Part shown: positions 19,531-30,700 of the stretch, piece by piece
Position numbering within the stretch: position 1 is the stretch's first letter
How the letters are laid out: the number at the start of each line of letters is the position of its first letter
Virus record (IMG/VR): IMGVR_UViG_3300026290_000001
Length of the DNA: 64,000 bases
Direction: 5' to 3' (one strand)
From: a virus
Translations under genes and position numbers: made by a program
The notes under the pieces: model-generated
What the model saw: only the letters and a program-made list of their open reading frames with translations
What the model was told of the DNA's origin: nothing
The model's database searches: none

Positions 19531-20589
19531 ATGGCAAAAGAAACAAAGGGGAAAAACAAAGGACTAGAATTACCCCAAACTAGAGGAAATTTCCAGATTA
19601 AAGGTATTGTAACTGGCACACAAAAAGACAATTTTTATAAGGAAACTCAAACCAAGACGCAAAAACCTTGGAGAATTCTTAATTTTGGAGTAAAAAACAA
19701 TAAAGATTCTACTATTTATGTTACTCTTTCTGATGGTGAAAAAGATAAGGTATATTTTTATAAGAGCGAAACTGTTGATGGAAAAAGAAAAACTGATGTT
19801 CAAGATGTTTCTTGGAAGGATAGGTTTAAATTTAATAAAGAAGGTTATCGTCTTATAGGTGTTAATACTGGTGTTTCTAAAATTACAGACAGTAAGGGTA
19901 ATGAAGTTAATGATAAGAAAATGCTTACCGGATATGATGCTTGTAAGGAAATCAGCGATAATTTAGTTGATGATCAAAGTGTATTTATTCGTGGTGCTAT
20001 TGATTATAGTCATTATGAAGTTAATGGTGAAACAAGAAGAGTAGTTAAATTTGTTCCCAATCAAGTATCACTTTGTAAAGATGTGGATTTTGATGAAGAA
20101 GATTATGTACCTACTGCTGATTTTACACAGATTATAGTTTTTACTGGAATTGAACCTGAAGATGAAGAAAAGAAGCGTTTTGTAGTATCTGCAAAAATAG
20201 TTAATTACAATTCTATTGAAGATGCAGAATTTATTGTTGAGAAAAAGGATTTGGCAACTACCCTTAAAAAGAATCTTAAACCTTATACTGCTATTAAAGT
20301 GTGGGGAAATATTTCTGTTTTAAAAGATGTTGAAGAAGTAGAAGTTTCCGATGCATGGGGAGAAGAAAATAAAATGGATAAAATAAATTCTCCTACTAAA
20401 AGAGAATTGATTATTACTGGTGCAGACCCCAAAACGATTGATGAAGAAACTTATGCCGAAGAAGTTATAGAAAATGCTTTGGCAAAAATCAAGGCAAGCA
20501 AGGAAGCAGAAAATGAGTTTGGTGTATCTGACGAGTGGGGTAGTGTTAGTAGTGATAGTTCTTCTGATGAAGACGATGAAGCATGGTAG
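19531..20589 (+). CDS. hypothetical protein with acidic C-terminal tail, possible ssDNA-binding protein
   Basis: RBS GGAGG; C-terminus SSDSSSDEDDEAW resembles SSB acidic tails; sits at the head of the replication module; weak call. Confidence 0.35.
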   Translation: MAKETKGKNKGLELPQTRGNFQIKGIVTGTQKDNFYKETQTKTQKPWRILNFGVKNNKDSTIYVTLSDGEKDKVYFYKSETVDGKRKTDVQDVSWKDRFKFNKEGYRLIGVNTGVSKITDSKGNEVNDKKMLTGYDACKEISDNLVDDQSVFIRGAIDYSHYEVNGETRRVVKFVPNQVSLCKDVDFDEEDYVPTADFTQIIVFTGIEPEDEEKKRFVVSAKIVNYNSIEDAEFIVEKKDLATTLKKNLKPYTAIKVWGNISVLKDVEEVEVSDAWGEENKMDKINSPTKRELIITGADPKTIDEETYAEEVIENALAKIKASKEAENEFGVSDEWGSVSSDSSSDEDDEAW

Positions 20590-20663
20590 AATTTATAAGG
20601 GAGTATTAATTTACTCCCTGTAAATTACTATCAAAATAAAAATATAGGAGGAATAAAACACAT

Positions 20664-21827
20664 ATGGCTACTGGTCGTGGAGGTAGTAAAGTTAGAACAA
20701 ATTTAGCTTTTTTACTTTATGGAGAACAGGGAACTTGGAAATCTTCTTTGTGTTTAGAATTTATGAAATTTAAAAGAGAAGATGGAAAACCTTTTAGAGT
20801 TTTATATATTGATCCAGAGCAGGGAAGTATTGATAGTTATTTAGAAAACTATGAAAACGAAGGTTATGATTTAAGAAATATTTATATTATATACACTCAA
20901 TCTATTTCAGAAGTTAAAGAATATATTAAACGTGCAAAAGATAATGAAGATTTTTATGAATTTGATGAAGATGGCAATGAAACAGATCAAGTATATTTAG
21001 ATGCAGAAGGATTACCATTTAGACCTGATGCAATAGTAGTTGACGGTGTTACCTTGCTTTATGTAGCTAAACAACAGAGTATGTTGAATTTTAGTAAAAA
21101 GAGAGCAACCGTAAGGGCAAAGAAAAATGAATTAATTGGTATGGAAAAAGAAGTTGCAATTGATGGGGCTGGTATCGAAATAAAGGATTACCAGACACTA
21201 AGATTTGAAGGACAGGATTTAATTCTTGATTTACTTGCTTGTGGAAAGCATTTTGCTGTTACTTGTCGGGAAGAAGATGAAAAAGAATCATATAGAGACA
21301 AAGATGGTTCAATTAAGGCAATGGCAACAGGTAGAAAACAACCAAGTGGATTTAAAGACGTAAGATATAATGTTAAAACAGTCCTTCGTACTTTCAAAGA
21401 TGATGATGGAATAATTAAAGCAATGGTTGAAAATAAAGACAGAACTCGTGTGCATGAACAAGATGAAGTTCTTGTTGAACCTACTCTATTAGATTGGCAA
21501 GTAATTATTGATAAAAATAAAGGTAAGAAGGATTTTACTATTGCTAATAATTTAAACGAATCTGTTGATAAAGAAATGAAAACAATTGAAAAAGAAAATG
21601 CTAAGTTTGATGAAGAATGGGATAATTCCAAATCAAACAATTCTGAAACAGAATTAAAAACTGCCGAAGATTATCATGATGCAATTAAAACTACCATTAC
21701 TAAATTATCTGCCAAGGACAAATCTTTAAAACAAGCAAAAATTGCTGAAGCAGGACTTCCAAAGGCATATCAAAAACTCAAAGATATTGAACAACTTAAA
21801 ACATATCTTAATATTGTAAGTAACTAA
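20664..21827 (+). CDS. P-loop ATPase, phage AAA_24/Sak4-like
   Basis: Walker A LLYGEQGTWKSS; Walker B-like AIVVDGVT; coiled-coil C-terminus. Confidence 0.5.
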   Translation: MATGRGGSKVRTNLAFLLYGEQGTWKSSLCLEFMKFKREDGKPFRVLYIDPEQGSIDSYLENYENEGYDLRNIYIIYTQSISEVKEYIKRAKDNEDFYEFDEDGNETDQVYLDAEGLPFRPDAIVVDGVTLLYVAKQQSMLNFSKKRATVRAKKNELIGMEKEVAIDGAGIEIKDYQTLRFEGQDLILDLLACGKHFAVTCREEDEKESYRDKDGSIKAMATGRKQPSGFKDVRYNVKTVLRTFKDDDGIIKAMVENKDRTRVHEQDEVLVEPTLLDWQVIIDKNKGKKDFTIANNLNESVDKEMKTIEKENAKFDEEWDNSKSNNSETELKTAEDYHDAIKTTITKLSAKDKSLKQAKIAEAGLPKAYQKLKDIEQLKTYLNIVSN

Positions 21828-21892
21828 ATAATTGAATAATAAGGGAGGTTTTATAACTTCCCTTATTGTATAAAAAGTAGGTGATAAATTTA

Positions 21893-22543
21893 ATGAACAA
21901 TATAAATATCACTCGCAAATGTAAACATTGCAAAGAATATCTTAATATAGAAAAAGATAATTTTATTTATTATAAAAAAAGATATTATCATTTTGATTGT
22001 GCAGTAAATGAGCAACTAATTAGAAAAAACAATAAGTTATCTATAGAACAATGTATTGATAAATTTACACAACTACAAAATGAAACTCAAGAAGAAATTA
22101 ATAATATTATTAGTAAAGAAAGATTATACAAATGGTTGCAAATTACATACAATACAGTTGTTTTACCTAGTTATTTTTATATAAAAATGGATGAAATATT
22201 TTCTGGCATATATAAAGGGTTATCTAAGGAGATATCACCTGAAGATTTGCTTGATATGTGGACACGAAAGAAAAATGAATTAGATAGAATAAATGATTCA
22301 AATAGTAGGAAGGGTAAAAATTTAATTGGAGTTGCTAGAATAAATTATGATCTGGCAATATTGTTAAATAAATATGATAGTTATTTGAAATGGAAGGAAA
22401 AACAGAGAATTATTGAACAAGAACGCCAACAAGTTAAAGATGATTTTAAAAATAAAATAGAGTTTAATAAAATAAATATCACGAATAAACCAAATACCAA
22501 TTCAAATAATTTTAATATATCAGATATAATTGATGAAATATAG
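21893..22543 (+). CDS. hypothetical protein with N-terminal zinc-finger-like motif
   Basis: Track ORF 21881..22543; ATG 21893 after AGGTGA; CKHC…HFDC. Confidence 0.45.
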   Translation: MNNINITRKCKHCKEYLNIEKDNFIYYKKRYYHFDCAVNEQLIRKNNKLSIEQCIDKFTQLQNETQEEINNIISKERLYKWLQITYNTVVLPSYFYIKMDEIFSGIYKGLSKEISPEDLLDMWTRKKNELDRINDSNSRKGKNLIGVARINYDLAILLNKYDSYLKWKEKQRIIEQERQQVKDDFKNKIEFNKINITNKPNTNSNNFNISDIIDEI

Positions 22544-22546
22544 GAG

Positions 22547-24097
22547 TTGTTTATGGCAGAAAAAATAGATAAGTCAGAAATTGTTAATATCCAAAATGAA
22601 ATTATGTTAACAGGATGTATCTATAAGAAACCAGATATATTTGTAGAATATGGTCAACATATTAAAAGTAAATATGACTTTGCAGATGATGTTACTAAAT
22701 TCTTTTATGATAATGCTGAAATTATATATCAAAAAAGAACACAAACCTTTAATCAAAATGCTATAAATGCTTATATGACTGAAGATAAAGAACGATTAGC
22801 AATATATAAAAAATATGGAGGTTGGAAAACATTACAATCATGGATAGACCTTGCGGTAGTAGATGATTTTAAAAATTATTTTGACATATTAAAAAAATAT
22901 TCGTTGTTAAGAGAATATGATCGTAATGGATTTAATGTTCAAAAAATAATAAAACATCCCAAATTTGAATTATTTAATGCTGTTGATATATATAGATTAA
23001 TTAGAAGTAAAGCGGATAGAATACATACGGTTATTTTAACTAACAATGAGAGTGAAATTTTAAATGAAAAAATGTGCATGTTGATTGATACATGTTTAGA
23101 GAAACCAGATGTTGGATTATCCCTGCCATTCCCCATTATGAATGATTTATTTAGGGGAATAAGGACTGGTACTATGATGGCAAATGGTGCTTTATCTAAC
23201 AGTGGTAAATCAAGATATTTGTTTAAAATAGTTGCTTATATAGCACTTATTTTAAAACAAAAAGTGTGTGTATTGCTAAATGAAATGTCAATTGATGATA
23301 TGAGACTAGCATTATTAACTACAGTTATAAATAATCCAGAGTTTGCTCAATTGCATGGGTTTAAAATTACAAAAAATGAACGAGAAATAGCATTGGGATT
23401 ATATAAAGATAAAGATGGTAATTTTATTTATAGAAAAATAGATGATTCAGGAAATTATCTTGAAACACTAGACGAGTATAGGAATAAATTAATTGAACAA
23501 TCAGATGAATATAAAATAATTTATCAAATAGGCAATTGGATCGAAAGGGAAATGGACGGATTAATATATGCAAAAGATGTTAGTGATGGATATGATGACA
23601 AAAGTTTGTCATATGAAATAAGAAAACATAATTTAATTTATGGAGTTAAATATTATTTTTATGACACTTTAAAAAATGAACAAAGCACTATTGGAGATTG
23701 GTCGGCACTTAAAAGAACTGTAACAAAGTTATCCGAATTAACTACTCAATTAGATGTTTTTGTTTTTGGAAGCATACAACTTACTGATGATGTAAATCAC
23801 ATTGAACCATTAATGATGAGTTCAAGTAATATTGCAGAATGTAAGGCTGTTAAACATGTTTTAGATTCATTAACTATGTTCAAACATCTAAGAAAAGATG
23901 AATATAATAAATATTATTATATTACTACATCTGATTGGGGAGAACCAGAAGAAAGAGATTTGGATTTTAATAAACGATATTGTATTTTTGTTGTGGATAA
24001 AAACAGGACGGGAAGAAAAACTACCATGTTATTTGAAATTGATCTTGATAAAAACATATGGATAGAATGTGGGGAAGTTTTTAGAAAAGAAAAATAA
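22547..24097 (+). CDS. replicative DNA helicase, DnaB-like
   Basis: Walker A-like GALSNSGKSRY followed by LLNEMSIDDMRLALL, resembling the DnaB SLEMS block. Confidence 0.55.
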   Translation: MFMAEKIDKSEIVNIQNEIMLTGCIYKKPDIFVEYGQHIKSKYDFADDVTKFFYDNAEIIYQKRTQTFNQNAINAYMTEDKERLAIYKKYGGWKTLQSWIDLAVVDDFKNYFDILKKYSLLREYDRNGFNVQKIIKHPKFELFNAVDIYRLIRSKADRIHTVILTNNESEILNEKMCMLIDTCLEKPDVGLSLPFPIMNDLFRGIRTGTMMANGALSNSGKSRYLFKIVAYIALILKQKVCVLLNEMSIDDMRLALLTTVINNPEFAQLHGFKITKNEREIALGLYKDKDGNFIYRKIDDSGNYLETLDEYRNKLIEQSDEYKIIYQIGNWIEREMDGLIYAKDVSDGYDDKSLSYEIRKHNLIYGVKYYFYDTLKNEQSTIGDWSALKRTVTKLSELTTQLDVFVFGSIQLTDDVNHIEPLMMSSSNIAECKAVKHVLDSLTMFKHLRKDEYNKYYYITTSDWGEPEERDLDFNKRYCIFVVDKNRTGRKTTMLFEIDLDKNIWIECGEVFRKEK

Positions 24098-24112
24098 AGT
24101 GAGTGAATATCT

Positions 24113-25126
24113 TTGGATATTAAATTATTAAAAGAATACATATATGAAAACAATAGAATAGAAGATATTCTCCAACAAATAGGATGCCATTCAATAAAAT
24201 ATCATTCTTCAGGTTATTATACTTGTGGTAATATTGATGGTGACAATAAACAATCTGTTACTGTTTATAAAAATGAAAATTTAAATTGTATTAACTATAC
24301 AAGAGATATTGGCAATCCTTCTGATTTAATATCTTTAGTATGTTATAATACAAAATTATCTTTTTTTGATGCGTTAAAATATTTATGTAATCTATTAGGA
24401 ATTTCATATTACCATGATTTTGAAGAAGAAATACCAGAAAGTCTTCGTATTACCAAACTAATTTATGAAATGCAACAGGGAGAATATCAAAAAGAAGAAA
24501 GACCATTAAAACCAATTTCCGAAAAAATACTTTCATATTATAAACCATATTTAAACGATATGTTTTTAAATGATGGTATTTCTTATGAAACACAGCAAGA
24601 ATTCGAGATAGGATATGACGAACTGACCAATAGAATTACCATTCCTATAAGGTCAGAGATACATGATTTAATAGGGATAAAAGGTAGGTTATTTAAAGAA
24701 CATATAGACGAATGGGAACAAAAATATATCTATTTAGAACCTTGTGCCAGATCAAAAATATTATATGGACTACATAAAACATATCCATATATAAAACAAG
24801 AAGGTAAAGTTTTTATTACAGAATCAGAAAAAGGCTGTTTGCAACTTTGGTCTATGGGATATTGTAATTCTGTTGGAATAGGTGGTAAGAAAATATCATC
24901 TCAACAAATAGAAAAACTTACTCGTTTAGGAGTAGATTTAATTTTTTGCTTTGATAAAGATGTTACAAAGAAAGAAATAGAAAATATAGCAGATAGATTT
25001 GTTGATGGTGTAAATATTTTTTACTTATTTGACGATAAAGATATTTTGGAAGAAAAAGAATCACCGTCTGATAATCAAGAAAAATTTAAATACTTACTAA
25101 ACAACTGTTTATATAAAATAAAATAA
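24113..25126 (+). CDS. DNA primase, TOPRIM domain
   Basis: N-terminal Cys/His cluster (CHS…H…C); TOPRIM-like ITESEKG … FCFDKD. Confidence 0.55.
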   Translation: MDIKLLKEYIYENNRIEDILQQIGCHSIKYHSSGYYTCGNIDGDNKQSVTVYKNENLNCINYTRDIGNPSDLISLVCYNTKLSFFDALKYLCNLLGISYYHDFEEEIPESLRITKLIYEMQQGEYQKEERPLKPISEKILSYYKPYLNDMFLNDGISYETQQEFEIGYDELTNRITIPIRSEIHDLIGIKGRLFKEHIDEWEQKYIYLEPCARSKILYGLHKTYPYIKQEGKVFITESEKGCLQLWSMGYCNSVGIGGKKISSQQIEKLTRLGVDLIFCFDKDVTKKEIENIADRFVDGVNIFYLFDDKDILEEKESPSDNQEKFKYLLNNCLYKIK

Positions 25127-25146
25127 AGGAGAAACAATAAGATATA

Positions 25147-26880
25147 ATGCAGTATAAATTAATAAACAATAGTTTAAATGATATTTATAATCCTAAAGAA
25201 ACTGTTCTTAGAAATAGAGGGATTGAAGACGTAGACGCATATTTGAATTTAGATGATAGTGTGCTAATACATTATAGTGAGTTGGACAATATAGGTAAAG
25301 CAGTTCAATGTTTGTTAAAACATTTAGAGAATGATAGTGAAATACATATTTTAGTTGATCCAGATGCTGATGGTCAGACTTCATCTGCAATAATGTATAG
25401 ATATTTAAAATTAATAAAACCAGATGTAAAGTTAACATATTCTATACATACTGGCAAGCAACATGGATTATCTAGGGATGTTGAAATGCCTGAAAATATA
25501 GATTTGTTAATAATGCCCGATAGTGGAAGTAATGATATAGAAAAATGTCAAGAACTTAAAGAAAATGATATTGATATACTTATATTGGATCACCATGAAA
25601 TTAATAACCCTAATCCTTATGCAATAGTAGTTAATCCACAAAACTGCAATTATGCCAACAAAAGCATTTCAGGAGTAGCAGTAGTTTATAAATTCCTTCA
25701 AGCACTTGATGAAGAATTGTGGAATGATTATGCTGATAACTTTCTTGATTTAGTTGCGCTTGGGTTAATAGGTGATTCTATGGATATCAAACAATTAGAA
25801 ACTAAAAGACTTATAGATAAGGGTTTATCTAAAATAAGAAGTAAACTATTCAAGGCACTTATTGATAAACAATCATATTCTATGAATAATATTATAAATA
25901 TAAATAATGTCCAATTTTATATAGTACCATTAATCAATGGTTTAATACGTGCAGGTGACTATGACGAAAAAGATTTATTGTTTAGGGGATTTATTGAAAC
26001 GGATGAAGTGTTTAAATACAAACCTAGAAGAAAATCAAAAAATGATCCAGAACCAGAAGAAATTGACGAGGATATATATACTAGGGTAGCAAGGTTATGC
26101 AGTAATGCTAGACAAAGACAAAATAATTCTAAAGATAAAGATGTTGAAAAACTGCTTGAATATATAGATGAAAAAGAATATAATAATAATAAAATAATAT
26201 TTGTTAATGTTACAGATAAATTAAATGAAAATTTAACTGGACTTGTTGCAATGAATATTGCGACAAAATACAATAAACCCTGTTTGTTATTAAGGAAAGT
26301 TAAAAATAAACCAGATTATTATGCAGGAAGTGCTAGAAATATTAATAGATCACCACTTCCAAACTTAAAGGATTATTTGGAAGAAACAAATATGTTTGAA
26401 TACTGTCAAGGTCATCAAGGTGCATTTGGTGTGGAAATACATAAAGATAATATACCAAAAGCAATTGAATTAATTAATGAGCAATTGAAAAATGTTGATT
26501 TTGCTTCATACTATGAAGTTGATTTTATTATTGATATTGATGATTTAGACATTAGTTTTATTAAAACAATGGATGAATTAAAAGATTTTTATGGACAGGG
26601 TATTGGAGAAGCATTAGTTTATATTAGTAATATAAAAGTAAGTAGAAATGATATTAATTTTATGGGTAAAGATAATAGTACTATTAAATTTGTATATAAC
26701 GATGAAATAACTTTTATAAAGTTTAGAATTGGAGAGAATGATCCAATTTATAAATGGTTAAATGATTGGGAAAATGATGATGATTTTATTGTTATTAATG
26801 TGATAGGTAAAGTAGGACTGAATAATTACAAAGGCATTTTAACACCACAGGTGATAATTGAAGATTATCAGGTAATATAA
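25147..26880 (+). CDS. DHH-family phosphoesterase, RecJ-like ssDNA exonuclease
   Basis: DHH motifs DPDADG and LDHHE. Confidence 0.7.
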   Translation: MQYKLINNSLNDIYNPKETVLRNRGIEDVDAYLNLDDSVLIHYSELDNIGKAVQCLLKHLENDSEIHILVDPDADGQTSSAIMYRYLKLIKPDVKLTYSIHTGKQHGLSRDVEMPENIDLLIMPDSGSNDIEKCQELKENDIDILILDHHEINNPNPYAIVVNPQNCNYANKSISGVAVVYKFLQALDEELWNDYADNFLDLVALGLIGDSMDIKQLETKRLIDKGLSKIRSKLFKALIDKQSYSMNNIININNVQFYIVPLINGLIRAGDYDEKDLLFRGFIETDEVFKYKPRRKSKNDPEPEEIDEDIYTRVARLCSNARQRQNNSKDKDVEKLLEYIDEKEYNNNKIIFVNVTDKLNENLTGLVAMNIATKYNKPCLLLRKVKNKPDYYAGSARNINRSPLPNLKDYLEETNMFEYCQGHQGAFGVEIHKDNIPKAIELINEQLKNVDFASYYEVDFIIDIDDLDISFIKTMDELKDFYGQGIGEALVYISNIKVSRNDINFMGKDNSTIKFVYNDEITFIKFRIGENDPIYKWLNDWENDDDFIVINVIGKVGLNNYKGILTPQVIIEDYQVI

Positions 26881-26892
26881 AGGGGAATAGAT

Positions 26893-27732
26893 ATGAGTTA
26901 TATAATAGATTTATACACCCAAGGCAATTCTGCGTTAAAAATTTCTAAACAAGAAAATATTCCTGTTCATCAAATATACAAAATATTGGAAAAAAACAAT
27001 ATTCCAAGAAGAAGCAATCGAATAAATAATAAAAAATATAGTTGCAATGAAGATTATTTTGAGAATATAAATACGTCAGAAAAAGCATATTGGTTAGGTT
27101 TTTTATACGCTGATGGCTTTGTTTCAAAAAATGAAAAATTTTATAATAGAGGATCGTTAGGAATATCTTTGGCAATAGAAGACAAAGAACATTTAGAAAC
27201 ATTAAATAAAGATTTAAATTCAAATTATCCTATAAACATATATAGTGTAGTTAATGGTTATAAAATTGGTATTCAATATGCAAGAATAATTATTAAAAGT
27301 GAAAAAATATTTAATGATTTGATTGATAAGGGTTTAAGTGAAAGAAAATCAGAGATTAAAAAACGTCCAAAAAAAATACCAGAAGAATTAATTAAATATT
27401 TTATACTTGGATATTTTGATGGGAATGGTTGTATTTCAATACATAGAAGAAAAAATAATGATAAGTTGGATTTTAAATTTAGAATTACAAGTACAGATGA
27501 TGTATTATATTTTATTACAGATTATTTATATAACAATAAATTAATATACAATAAAAGAAAATTAGACAAACGACACATATACGATATTGTCTCTAATTTA
27601 GAATACGGAGGAAATAGGCAAGTATATAAAATTATGCACCATCTGTATCAAAATACACCCAGATTTTTAAAAAGAAAACATGAAAGATATTTAATATTAA
27701 AAAATCAACTTATGAAAGAAGGGGAAATATGA
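26893..27732 (+). CDS. free-standing LAGLIDADG homing endonuclease
   Basis: Two LAGLIDADG-type motifs (LGFLYADGF, LGYFDGNGC) about 100 aa apart. Confidence 0.7.
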   Translation: MSYIIDLYTQGNSALKISKQENIPVHQIYKILEKNNIPRRSNRINNKKYSCNEDYFENINTSEKAYWLGFLYADGFVSKNEKFYNRGSLGISLAIEDKEHLETLNKDLNSNYPINIYSVVNGYKIGIQYARIIIKSEKIFNDLIDKGLSERKSEIKKRPKKIPEELIKYFILGYFDGNGCISIHRRKNNDKLDFKFRITSTDDVLYFITDYLYNNKLIYNKRKLDKRHIYDIVSNLEYGGNRQVYKIMHHLYQNTPRFLKRKHERYLILKNQLMKEGEI

Positions 27733-30700
27733 TTAATTTACATGTTCATGATGCAAAAGGTTCATTGTTGGATTCTATTGCAACAGTTGATAAAATAGTT
27801 GAATTTGCAAAAAAAAATAATCAAACTGCGATAGCATTAACCAATCATGGACTTATGACTTCATTTGTTGATTTTGTGAAAGAATGTAATAAAAATGATA
27901 TTAAACCTATCATTGGATGTGAAATTTATGAAACTGATGACATGCATGAGAAGCAAGACACTAGAGATTATCAACAACCAAGATATCATTTAATATTATT
28001 GGCAAAAAATAAGATTGGTTTGCAAAACTTATTTAAAATAGTATCTATTTCCAATACAGAAGGTTTTTATAAAAAACCAAGAGTATCCTTAGATTGGATT
28101 GAAAAAAATAATTGTGGGAAAGGAATTATATGTTTAACTGCTTGTCAAGCAGGTAGATTAAGTAAGTATTTAATTAATGATAAAGAATTAGAAGCAATAC
28201 AATTTGTTAAACAATTGCAATCTATATTTGATTATGTGTCATGTGAGATACAATCCCATAAAACGATTGATCAGCACAATGCAAATAAAAAAATATATGA
28301 ATTTTCACAAAAATATAATTTGCCTTATGTTATTACCACTGATGCTCATATGATAAATAAAAATGAAATTGACACTCATACAATTTTTGTTGAAATCGGA
28401 GAAGGAAGAGAAGTAGGAGAGAGTTATGTTGATTGTTATTTACAAACAGATTCAGATGTTTACAATATTTTAGAAAAACAATTTTCAAAAGAAATTATAA
28501 AAGAGGGTATTAATGAAACTATTTTAATTTCAAATATGATTGAAAATATTGATATTGGTTTAAATAATGGTGTTATAATGCCTAAAATACCTGTGCAAGA
28601 AGGATTTAATTCAAATAAAGAATATTTGAGACATTTAGTTTTCAAAGATTTTGAAAAAAAGTTTTCTCATTTATTAGCAGAAGATCAACAAATAAGAAAA
28701 GATAGACTTGAAATGGAATTGCCTATTTTATATGAGTTAAATTATACAGATTATTTTATTATGTTATATATGTTGGTAGAAGAAGCAAAAAAGAGGGATA
28801 TCCCAAGAGGGTATTCTAGAGGTTCAGGAGCAAATTGTTTATGTCTTTATATGTTAGGTGTAACTCAAATAGACAGCATTAGATGGGACTTAGATTTTTC
28901 AAGATTTGCTAATTTGGGTAGAAAATCAATTGCTGATTTTGATTTTGATATTTCCAAAAATAGACGAAAAGAATTTATTGAAATATCGGAAGAACTTTTT
29001 GGGAAAGAGAATGTTGCACCAATTGCTACATTTAATACTTTAAGTACAAAAGTAGCAATAAGAGACGTTGGTAAAGTATTAGATGAAAAATCAGAAGAGT
29101 ATAAAGGTAAGATACCTTATAAATTACGTGATGAAGTGGCAAAGATGATACCTACTATTAATACTATAAATGATTTAGGTGAGGAAGAAGAAAAAGAAGT
29201 ATTATTAAGAGATGTGTTGTTTAAAAACGAAAGATTAAAAGAAATATATGAGCAATATCCCTTGTGGTTTAAGTATGTTATGGAATTAGAAGGTTTGCCT
29301 AAAAGCATGGGTAGACATGCAGCAGGAACTATAATAACTCCCAATCCAGTTGTTGAATATTGTCCTATTTGTTATGATTCTGAAGATAATATTATGATTC
29401 AATTAGAAATGCATTCAGCAATGGATGATTTAGGTTTAACTAAAATGGATTATCTTGGACTTGAAACAGTAGACATTGTAGATGACACATTAAGAATGGC
29501 AGGATTAACTTGGGATGATGTAAATATAGATCACTTAAACCTTGAGGATTCAGAAGTATATGAAAAAGTTTATAAAAGTGGCAATACCATTGGAATATTT
29601 CAAATGGAATCTGCTGAGGCAAGAAGAATGTGTATAGAGGCAGAAGTTGATAATGTAGAAGATATAATAGTCATTAATGCAGCAAACCGACCAGGAACAA
29701 AAGACAATTTCCCTGATTATTGTAAAAACAAAAAATATCCCAATGAAATTGAAGTGTTGCATGAGGATTTGAAGAAAATATTTAATAAAACTCAATATGT
29801 TTTACTTTATCAGGAGCAAGCATTACAGTTATTTAGATACGCTGGTTTTCCTGAAGAAGAGGTAGATTCTGCGAGAAGAGCAATTGGGAAAAAATTGAAA
29901 GATGAAATGGAAAAATTAGAGATTAAGTTTAAAGAGGGATTGTTAAACAAAAATTGGAATGAAGATCAGATTAATGAAATATGGGGACTAATGCTTAAGC
30001 AAGCCGATTATTCGTTTAATCGAGGGCATGCCGTAGCATATGGTTTACTTAGTTATCTTACAGCATATTTAAAAACGCATTATCCTTTAGAATTTATGAC
30101 AGCATGTTTAACCGCTAAGAGTGATAATATGTCAAAATTAAGTATCTTTATTAATGAATGTCACAGGTTAAATATTCAAGTTGCACCACCAAACATTAAT
30201 TTATCAGAACGAAATTTTACTGCAATAAAAAATAAAAATAAAATATTATTTGGATTATATGCAATTAAAGGCATAGGAGATGCAGTAGTAAATACAATCA
30301 TAGAAAATAGAAGATATGAAGGGTTTGATGACTTTTTATCTAAAACAAAGGAGTCTGGAAAGATAACCAAAGGAACAATTATCAAGTTGGCAAAAAGTGG
30401 TTGTTTTCCAACAAAAAATAAAAGAAATTTTTTGCTTAGATATGCAAATAAATTATTTGAAAATGATTATAAAAATGAAATTTTTGAAGAAAGAAAAACT
30501 TTTAAATCAGTTAAGGAATTAAAAGAAGTATGGGGAATTGATACTGATACAATCAAAAATAAGCAAGAGAGACTTAAATTATTCAATCAAAAAAGAAAAG
30601 AAAAATTTGACAATGAAGAAGTAGATAGAACATTCAAAAAAGAAGATGCCCGACAAAAATATATTAAAGAATTTTCGTCAAAATATTTACAAGAAGAATT

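Noticed and set aside
19531-20589. Confident SSB annotation for the 352-aa protein
   Set aside because: Only the acidic C-terminal tail and genomic context suggest it; I cannot recognise an OB-fold signature by eye, so it is left as a low-confidence possibility.
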